Source: an uncultured Phycisphaeraceae bacterium (GTDB lineage: Bacteria > Planctomycetota > Phycisphaerae > Phycisphaerales > UBA1924). Taken from it: DNA of 12,031 bases. The DNA is taken from NCBI GenBank assembly GCA_964392425.1, contig CAYMQF010000001.1, positions 51,446-63,476 on the forward strand. Reading direction: 5' to 3'. The notes beneath the pieces were generated by a model that worked only from the letters and a program-made list of their open reading frames with translations, made no database searches and had not been told where the DNA came from. Numbering within the stretch: the stretch's first letter is position 1; each line of letters starts with the position of its first letter. Below are positions 6,369-12,031 of the stretch, piece by piece. The position numbers and the translations under genes were made by a program.

Positions 6369-7196
6369 ATGTTCCAAAACGGTTGGGTATTCTGGATCAT
6401 CATCGGCGCCACCGTGGTGCAGTGGATCTTCGGCAAGCTCCGTGAGCAGGCTGAGCTGACCCGCGCCAAACAGGGTCGCGAAAAACGACGCGTCGACAAC
6501 CTTCGGACGGGGCAAGGGGGTAGCGCCGGCGCATCCACCGTGAGCAGGTCCGCCCCAACCATCACCCAGCATGATCTTCAGGCTCGTCGCGAGGCGCAGC
6601 TCAAGGCGCTCCGCGATCGTCAGCGAGCTCTCGGCCAGTCGCAGACAGCCTCGACTCCAGCACCGCCGCGCACGACGCCCCGACCGGCCCCCAGCGCCTC
6701 AGCGCAGGCTTCCAGTTTTCCCACCACATCTTCTCGGCCTGTTCCTCAACAGCGATCGCTTCCCACGCCTCAGACCTCCCGGCAAGCCGCCGTCGCAGCC
6801 CAACGGGCGGCCCGCGCCAAGCAGATCCGCCTCAATCGTCAACGCCATCTTCAACAGCAACAGCAAAAACAGCAGGCCAAAGCGCAAGCCCAAGCTGCGC
6901 AGAGTTCGTCAGCGGGCGATTTACGGATCAGTAAACCGAAAAAATCGCGCATCTCCGCTCCCAAACAATCCCGCATCGCCGCTCCCAAACTGTCCCGCAT
7001 CGCCGCGCCCAAACAATCCCGCATCAGCCAGCGAGCCTTACTGGAGCAGCGTGAGATTCGGCCGACGACCACCTCGAACTTGCATGGAGAACGGGACGGC
7101 GGATCGTTGGCGCCGAGGACGCTCGACGATTGGCGCCGGGCGATCATCGCATCGGAGATTCTCGCTCCTCCCGTGTCGATGCGCGAGATGGAGTGA
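6369..7196 (+). CDS. Membrane-anchored low-complexity protein. It has an N-terminal TM helix and a Pro/Gln/Ser/Thr/Ala-rich linker, then basic SRIAAPKQ tandem repeats and a short C-terminal domain; function unknown
   Basis: 275 aa. Single N-terminal hydrophobic helix (WVFWIIIGATVVQWIFGKL) followed by a positively charged stretch, so the bulk is probably cytoplasmic. Long disordered region. Tandem peptide repeat SKPKKSRISAPKQSRIAAPKLSRIAAPKQSRIS. GC3 bias is good, in contrast to the overlapping Arg/Pro-rich alternative frame 6571..7410. Only 9 nt downstream of the ABC ATPase stop and 12 nt upstream of the peptidase start. Confidence 0.6.
   Translation: MFQNGWVFWIIIGATVVQWIFGKLREQAELTRAKQGREKRRVDNLRTGQGGSAGASTVSRSAPTITQHDLQARREAQLKALRDRQRALGQSQTASTPAPPRTTPRPAPSASAQASSFPTTSSRPVPQQRSLPTPQTSRQAAVAAQRAARAKQIRLNRQRHLQQQQQKQQAKAQAQAAQSSSAGDLRISKPKKSRISAPKQSRIAAPKLSRIAAPKQSRISQRALLEQREIRPTTTSNLHGERDGGSLAPRTLDDWRRAIIASEILAPPVSMREME
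6944..7024 (+). repeat. 24-bp tandem repeat, 3 full copies plus a partial one (tc[c/g]cgcatc[t/g]ccgc[t/g]cccaaac[a/t][a/g]), in-frame and encoding SRI(S/A)APK(Q/L)
   Basis: Copies at 6944-6967, 6968-6991 and 6992-7015, plus a partial copy from 7016. They differ at only 1-3 positions. Confidence 0.7.
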
Positions 7197-7208
7197 CGCT
7201 GAGCCGGT

Positions 7209-8327
7209 GTGCCCGCGTTCGATATACTCCCCGGCCCGATGCCCACCAAGAATGCCCCGCCATTTCGCGCCCGGATCAAAAAGCTGCGTGCTGCGCTGGG
7301 CTCCCACGAGGTCGACGCCATCCTCGTCATCAATCCCCCCGACATCCGCTACCTCACCGGCTTCCACGGTGAAGACAGTTGGCTCGTCGTGTCAGGCCGA
7401 TCGACGGTGATCCTCAGCGATTTTCGTTTTCAGGAAGAACTGGCTGACGTTGAAGGCGCCCGCGTCGTCATCCGCACCGGCCCGATCGACCGTGCCGCCG
7501 TCGATCTTCTGGACCGCTTCAACCATGTCGCGGTGCAGGCGGAGCACATGACGATCTCCCTGCGCCAGCGATTGGCTCGGCTCGTCGGCTCACGTCGCCT
7601 GCGCAACACCACGGGCGTGCTCACCAAGCTGCGCATTATCAAAGACGCCAGCGAAGTCGCCATCATCCGCAAAGCCGTGCGCATTCAGGAAAAGGCATTG
7701 CTCGCGACGCTCGAAACCGTCGCGCCGGGGCAGAGCGAGCAGGACATCTGTGCTGAGCTTGAATGTCATATGAAAAAGTTTGGCGCAGCAAGCGTGAGCT
7801 TTGAGTCCATCGTCGCTGCCCAGACCAATGGGTCGCTGCCTCACTACACGCCGGGCCGGATGCGGACGAAGGCCAACCAACCGCTGCTCATCGACTGGGG
7901 CGCCCGCGTCGGCGGATATTGCTCGGACATGACCCGCACCATCGCGTTTGGCCGATGGCCCAAGAAGCTCGCCGAGGTGTACGAGATCGTTCTCGAAGCT
8001 CAGCAGGCGGCGATCGACGCGATCGAACCGGGCAAAAGTTGCGCAGTCATCGACGCCGTCGCCCGCGAGATCATCACCAAAGCTGGGTATGGCGATGCGT
8101 TCGGCCATGGGCTGGGCCACGGGATCGGGCTGGACATCCACGAAGCGCCGGGAGTGAACAAACAATCGGAGATCGTGCTCGCCCCTGGCATGGTCATCAC
8201 CGTCGAACCAGGCATCTATCTGCCCGGCATAGGAGGCGTGCGGATCGAGGATGACGTGCTCGTCACCGAGCGAGGTCGGCGAAATCTTTGTTCACTTCCA
8301 AAATCGTTAGAATGGTCGACGCGATGA
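7209..8327 (+). CDS. pepP: Xaa-Pro aminopeptidase / prolidase, peptidase family M24B
   Basis: Creatinase_N-like N-terminal half. C-terminal pita-bread domain with metal-ligand motifs (...DWGARVGGYCSDMTRT..., HGLGHGIGLDIHE, ...VEPGIY...GVRIEDDVLVTE). GTG start at 7209; an in-frame ATG at 7239 (MPTKNAPPFRARIKKLR) is an alternative start. Stop TGA overlaps the accB ATG (ATGA at 8324-8327). Confidence 0.85.
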   Translation: MPAFDILPGPMPTKNAPPFRARIKKLRAALGSHEVDAILVINPPDIRYLTGFHGEDSWLVVSGRSTVILSDFRFQEELADVEGARVVIRTGPIDRAAVDLLDRFNHVAVQAEHMTISLRQRLARLVGSRRLRNTTGVLTKLRIIKDASEVAIIRKAVRIQEKALLATLETVAPGQSEQDICAELECHMKKFGAASVSFESIVAAQTNGSLPHYTPGRMRTKANQPLLIDWGARVGGYCSDMTRTIAFGRWPKKLAEVYEIVLEAQQAAIDAIEPGKSCAVIDAVAREIITKAGYGDAFGHGLGHGIGLDIHEAPGVNKQSEIVLAPGMVITVEPGIYLPGIGGVRIEDDVLVTERGRRNLCSLPKSLEWSTR

Positions 8328-8782
8328 TTGATCAAAAACGACTAGCGCAGCTCATCCAACTCATGGTCGACAACGACCTGTCTGAGCTGAATATTCAGGA
8401 CAAAGACCAGACCGTGGCGCTCAAGCGGCAGCTCAATGCTCCGCCCGCTGTTGCGACTGCGGCGCCCATGCTGCAAGCGCAACCGCCGCCAGTTCCCGCA
8501 GCGACGGTCCCGGCGATTGTCGAGGCGGATGCGGACGCTGGGCTCGTTGCCATCGAATCCCCCATGGTCGGCACGTTCTACACCAAGCCCAACCCCGATA
8601 CGGACGTGTTCGTCAAAGTCGGCTCACCCATCGGGCCCGACACCGTCGTGTGCCTGATCGAGGCGATGAAAGTCTTCAACGAAGTGCAGGCGGAAATGAG
8701 CGGCGTCGTCGAACGCGTCCTCGTTGACAACGGTGAGCCTGTCGAGTTTGGCCAAAAGCTGTACTTGGTTCGGCCCAACTGA
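8324..8782 (+). CDS. accB: Biotin carboxyl carrier protein of acetyl-CoA carboxylase
   Basis: Pro/Ala-rich linker followed by a biotinyl domain carrying the EAMK biotinylation motif (VVCLIEAMKVFNEVQAE). Typical N-terminus MIDQKRLAQLIQLMVDNDLSELNIQD. ATG 8324 overlaps the pepP stop; the ORF-track TTG at 8288 is an unlikely extension. Confidence 0.9.
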   Translation: MIDQKRLAQLIQLMVDNDLSELNIQDKDQTVALKRQLNAPPAVATAAPMLQAQPPPVPAATVPAIVEADADAGLVAIESPMVGTFYTKPNPDTDVFVKVGSPIGPDTVVCLIEAMKVFNEVQAEMSGVVERVLVDNGEPVEFGQKLYLVRPN

Positions 8783-8806
8783 GCCAAACGGGGCGCACAA
8801 GAGACA

Positions 8807-10150
8807 ATGTTCAACCGAATCCTTATCGCAAACCGAGGCGAGATCGCTCTCCGGATCATTCGTGCCTGCAAAGAGCTGGGCGTCGAGTCGGTCTGTGTGT
8901 ACTCGCAAGCGGACGCCGGGGCGCCGTACCTCGATCTTGCCGACCGTTCGATCTGCATCGGGCCGGGACCCGCGGCGCAGAGCTATCTCGACATCTCGCG
9001 GATCATCTCAGCAGCGGAGCAAGCGAGCGCCGACGCGATCCATCCCGGCTACGGCTTCCTCGCGGAAAACGCTCACTTCGCAAGCGTCTGCGCGGACTGC
9101 GGCGTTGAGTTCATCGGCCCATCGCCCGACGCCATGCAACAGCTTGGAGACAAGATTCGCGCCAAAGCGCTCGCGCGCGAAGCGAAAGTCCCCGTCTTCC
9201 CCGGCTCAGACGGCGCCATCAACAGCCCCGAAGAGGCCATCGAAGAAGCTCAAAAAATAGGCTATCCCGTCATCGTCAAGGCAACGTTCGGCGGTGGGGG
9301 GCGCGGCATGCGCATCGCCCGCAACAAAGATGAACTCATCACGGGAGTCGAACGAGCGTCGCGCGAAGCGGAGGCTGCCTTTGGCAATGGGTCCGTCTAT
9401 CTCGAAAAGTTCCTCGAATCGGCAAGGCATGTCGAAGTACAGGTCATCGGCGATAAGTTTGGGTCAGCCGTCCATCTCTTTGAGCGCGATTGCTCGATCC
9501 AGCGACGCCATCAGAAGCTCATCGAAGAGTCCCCGGCGCCTGGCATCGACCAACGCCGCAAGGACGAAGTGTGCAAGCGCGCCGCCGGGTTGTTGCGCAA
9601 AGCGAAGTACGCTGGCGCTGCGACGGTGGAGTTCCTCGTCGATGAAAAGCAAAATTTTTACATGCTCGAAGTGAACACACGCCTGCAGGTCGAGCATCCT
9701 GTCACAGAGATGGTCACCGGGATTGATATCGTCAAGACGATGATTCGTATTGCAGCGGGCGAGCCGTTGCCCTTCAAGCAGCGCGACATCAAACGGCGTG
9801 GACACGCGATGGAATGCCGAATCAACGCGGAGGATCCCGATCGCAACTTCGCGCCGTGCCCCGGCAACATCGTCCGTTTCGATCCGCCGGGCGGACCGGG
9901 CGTGCGCATGGACACGCACTGCGTTGCGGGCAGCCGAGTCCCGCCTGATTATGACTCGATGATCGGCAAGCTGATCGTTCACGATGATGATCGCGCTTCG
10001 TGCATTGCGCGGATGGACCGGGCGCTGAACGAACTCAAGATCGAGCCGATTCGCACGACGACGCCGTTGCAGATCAAGCTCATGCGCAACGCATCGTTCC
10101 AAAAGGGCGGCGTGGACATCCACTTCCTCGAACGCCTGCTCAAAAGCTGA
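8807..10150 (+). CDS. accC: Biotin carboxylase subunit of acetyl-CoA carboxylase
   Basis: 447 aa. MFNRILIANRGEIALRIIRACKELG N-terminus. ATP-grasp motifs. Canonical AccC C-terminal domain ...EHPVTEMVTGIDIVK...KLIVH... Lies 24 nt after accB. Confidence 0.95.
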   Translation: MFNRILIANRGEIALRIIRACKELGVESVCVYSQADAGAPYLDLADRSICIGPGPAAQSYLDISRIISAAEQASADAIHPGYGFLAENAHFASVCADCGVEFIGPSPDAMQQLGDKIRAKALAREAKVPVFPGSDGAINSPEEAIEEAQKIGYPVIVKATFGGGGRGMRIARNKDELITGVERASREAEAAFGNGSVYLEKFLESARHVEVQVIGDKFGSAVHLFERDCSIQRRHQKLIEESPAPGIDQRRKDEVCKRAAGLLRKAKYAGAATVEFLVDEKQNFYMLEVNTRLQVEHPVTEMVTGIDIVKTMIRIAAGEPLPFKQRDIKRRGHAMECRINAEDPDRNFAPCPGNIVRFDPPGGPGVRMDTHCVAGSRVPPDYDSMIGKLIVHDDDRASCIARMDRALNELKIEPIRTTTPLQIKLMRNASFQKGGVDIHFLERLLKS

Positions 10151-10302
10151 CTCGCAAAAACTCTGCTGAGACACGTTGGAGCTGGGCGATTGGGGCAGTG
10201 ATCGCGTCCTTCCTCAATATTTTTTTGATCGGCGCGAAAACCGACGGTCGGTGACGTTGTAGACAGAGTAGGCGGGCGCCGTCCGCTGTAGGCTCATCTA
10301 TT

Positions 10303-10309
10303 TCAGGAG
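10303..10309 (+). promoter_or_regulatory. Shine-Dalgarno AGGAGAT, 7-8 nt upstream of the ATG of the secreted STN-like protein
   Basis: caggagatacaaccATG. Confidence 0.5.
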
Positions 10310-10317
10310 ATACAACC

Positions 10318-11313
10318 ATGTCAAAGCATGTTGCGCTCAAGGCGCTGGTCGTAATGTTCGGTGTCGTCGCTATGTCACTGATCGCTACGCCTTCCGCCAT
10401 CGCGCAGGAGAACCCCGCGGGCGCCGCTCTGAATCAGGATTTGTACTTTGATCTCGACTTCCCCGGCGGAACGCTCGAACAGTACCTCGATGCGATCCGT
10501 AAAGCGCACCCCGGCTCCAACGTCAAGCTCTCCGATGAATCGAAAACAGCGCGCATCCCAGCGATGAAACTTAACGGTGTGACACTCGGCGCCGCTGTCA
10601 AGCTGGTAAATGGAGACACTCTCAACACCGCCGGTGACACAGTTATCATTTGGAACACTCCCGTGAAAATCGCTGGGCGGATCGAGAGGGCATATCGCCT
10701 CGGTGTGACCATAATGATCGAGGCATCCGCCAAAGGGAAGGGAGAAAAATCATCAGATCAACAAATCAAAGGGGGTCGGTCCAACGTCTGGAGTCTGCGC
10801 GATCTGGTTGATGCGGGCATGAAGATGGACGACGTGCTAGGAGCTGTGCGCGTGGCGCTCAAGACGATCGACAAGCCGTCCCAGATTCGCCTTCATGAGC
10901 CGACCTCGCTGTTGATCGTGCGAGGCACGAAGGAACAACTGGAGCTTGTCGACCAGACCGTGTCAGCGATGGCCGAGGATGTCAGAAAACGATCCGGGAA
11001 AGGGGAGTGGACGGCAGAGCAGATCGACGATCTTCAAGGCGAACTCGTCAAGGCGCAGGTGGAGAGGCGTATCGCGGAGAAGAGACTCGAAATATCGTCG
11101 GAATCGTTGAAACGTTCACGACAGAACTTGGAAAAACGCCGGCCGGACCTGACAGATGATCAGATTGTGGGTGCCGAACAGGCGGTCACTAACTGGGAGC
11201 TTGACATAGTACATATCATTGGGAAGTTGCAGATCGCTCAGGACAAGGTCGAACGGCTCACCAAACGCCTCAAACGTTTGCAAGGCGCCGACTCTGAGTC
11301 TGCTTCGCAATAA
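10318..11313 (+). CDS. Secreted/periplasmic protein. It carries an STN-like (secretin/TonB N-terminal signalling) domain, a secretin-N-like domain and a C-terminal coiled coil, and has no secretin or TonB-receptor barrel
   Basis: Signal peptide MSKHVALKALVVMFGVVAMSLIATPSAIA|QE. Residues ~45-115 (FDLDFPGGTLEQYLDAIRKAHPGSNVKLSDESKTARIPAMKLNGVTLGAAVKLVNGDTLNTAGDTVII) fit the STN pattern. ...IRLHEPTSLLIVRGTKEQLELVDQTVSAM fits the secretin_N 'RTNSLIVRG..EQL..V..LI' motif. The last ~110 aa are heptad-rich (ELVKAQVERRIAEKRLE...LQIAQDKVERLTKRLKRLQ). Domain calls are by eye and not verified. Confidence 0.8.
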   Translation: MSKHVALKALVVMFGVVAMSLIATPSAIAQENPAGAALNQDLYFDLDFPGGTLEQYLDAIRKAHPGSNVKLSDESKTARIPAMKLNGVTLGAAVKLVNGDTLNTAGDTVIIWNTPVKIAGRIERAYRLGVTIMIEASAKGKGEKSSDQQIKGGRSNVWSLRDLVDAGMKMDDVLGAVRVALKTIDKPSQIRLHEPTSLLIVRGTKEQLELVDQTVSAMAEDVRKRSGKGEWTAEQIDDLQGELVKAQVERRIAEKRLEISSESLKRSRQNLEKRRPDLTDDQIVGAEQAVTNWELDIVHIIGKLQIAQDKVERLTKRLKRLQGADSESASQ

Positions 11314-11367
11314 TACGATTGAAGGCTGTTGTGTCATGATGTCCGCCGTTTCCCCCGAGAATGATCC

Positions 11368-11928
11368 TTGCAAAGTGTCTTCGAGATCACGTCTGCGATC
11401 GCGTCGGGCTCGTCCGATGCTGACGCGCTCGTCGATGCGTTCAGCAGGCTGTACGACTCGAAGTTTGATTTCGTTCATCGGCTCATCGTGCGAAAGACCG
11501 GCGTCGATGAATCTGCTGCGATGGACATTGTGCAGGAGACGATGATGCGCGTGATCCGCCACATCAAGCCGATGCGGACCGAGGCCGACCTTGACGCCTG
11601 GCTGACGCGGGTCGCGCTCAATGCTTCGTACGATCGACTTCGCGCGGACCGACGCCGACGAGCCCGCGAGATGGAGAGTGTGAATCACCGAAACTCGATC
11701 GAGTCAGTGCAGAATTTGGTCGGCATGTCCGCCAATGTCGAGGCGTTGCGCGAGGAGATCGCTGCACTGGATGTAGGCTCGTTTGACCTTCTTTCCATGC
11801 GGTTTCGCGCGGGCATGACGCTCGAAGCGATCGGGCGCAGGCTCGGCGTTGGCGCTGGGGCGGCGGACGGGCGGCTCCGCCGAGTGCTGGCGCAGTTGCA
11901 ACAACGCCTTGAGGAGCAGGAGCTATGA
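11368..11928 (+). CDS. ECF-type (group 4) sigma-70 family RNA polymerase sigma factor
   Basis: Region 2 (FDFVHRLIVRKTGVDESAAMDIVQETMMRVIRHIKPMRTEADLDAWLTRVALNASYDRLRADRRRRAR) and region 4 (LSMRFRAGMTLEAIGRRLGVGAGAADGRLRRVLAQLQQRL). TTG start at 11368 with no clear SD, so the exact start is uncertain. 54 nt after the upstream gene. Confidence 0.85.
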   Translation: MQSVFEITSAIASGSSDADALVDAFSRLYDSKFDFVHRLIVRKTGVDESAAMDIVQETMMRVIRHIKPMRTEADLDAWLTRVALNASYDRLRADRRRRAREMESVNHRNSIESVQNLVGMSANVEALREEIAALDVGSFDLLSMRFRAGMTLEAIGRRLGVGAGAADGRLRRVLAQLQQRLEEQEL

Positions 11929-12031
11929 CGGGCGACACGCGCGACAACAAGCTCTCTCCCGATGGTCAACTTCGGCGTGACGTGATGCGCACGGAGCTGT
12001 GCCAACGGGCGCTCGAGCATCACGCGCATCG
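11925..12031 (+). CDS. 5' end of a translationally coupled downstream ORF that runs off the window; by position probably the cognate anti-sigma factor
   Basis: ATG at 11925 overlaps the sigma stop (ATGA at 11925-11928). GGAG motifs sit 3-10 nt upstream. Frame is open to the window end (MTGDTRDNKLSPDGQLRRDVMRTELCQRALEHHAH...). Only 35 codons are visible. Confidence 0.45.
   Translation, partial: MTGDTRDNKLSPDGQLRRDVMRTELCQRALEHHAH

Noticed and set aside
6571-7410. 279-aa alternative + frame overlapping the membrane repeat protein and pepP start
   Set aside because: Arg/Pro/Ser-rich out-of-frame artefact that crosses a gene boundary.
9464-10174. 236-aa minus-strand ORF antisense to accC; also 8724..9260 alternative + frame
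   Set aside because: accC is unambiguous on + in the same DNA; these are high-GC shadow ORFs.
10184-10227. T7 run (10218-10226) downstream of accC as an intrinsic terminator
   Set aside because: Only a weak 5-6-bp stem (GCGAT/ATCGC) lies about 17 nt upstream of the T-run, so it is not a canonical hairpin-plus-U-tract. Termination here remains plausible but unsupported.
10236-10258. ECF-type promoter look-alike (GAAAAC ... CGTT) upstream of the STN-like gene
   Set aside because: The spacer between AAC and CGT is about 13 nt rather than the usual 16-17, so it does not fit ECF promoter geometry.
11116-11688. 190-aa minus-strand ORF spanning the junction between the STN-like gene and the sigma factor
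   Set aside because: It crosses two well-supported + strand genes and an intergenic spacer, and has an Arg/His-rich junk composition.

Overview
This is a GC-rich window (about 62-65% GC, third codon positions strongly G/C) from a bacterial chromosome, densely coding and mostly on the + strand. A C-terminal double dockerin-like module, weak or absent Shine-Dalgarno sites and frequent TTG/GTG starts suggest a Planctomycetes-like lineage; this is inference, not proof. Gene order: (1) a secreted beta-propeller repeat protein with a dockerin-like tail; (2) a flotillin-like SPFH/band-7 membrane protein; (3) convergent to it, a strange Asn/Phe/Gly-rich low-complexity protein (FN/FG-type repeats) encoded by highly repetitive DNA; (4) an apparent six-gene + strand operon comprising a FecCD-type ABC permease, an HmuV/BtuD-type ABC ATPase, a membrane-anchored Pro/Gln-rich protein with a 24-bp tandem repeat, an M24 Xaa-Pro aminopeptidase, accB and accC, with two ATGA start/stop overlaps; (5) a signal-peptide protein whose N-terminal half looks like STN/secretin-N domains, followed by a coiled coil, sitting immediately upstream of an ECF sigma factor and a partial, translationally coupled downstream ORF that is probably the anti-sigma factor. 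There is no CRISPR array, tRNA/rRNA or transposase. The most unusual items are the FN-repeat intrinsically disordered protein beside flotillin, and the standalone periplasmic STN-like protein wired to an ECF sigma/anti-sigma pair. All domain calls are from reading motifs by eye; no searches were run.
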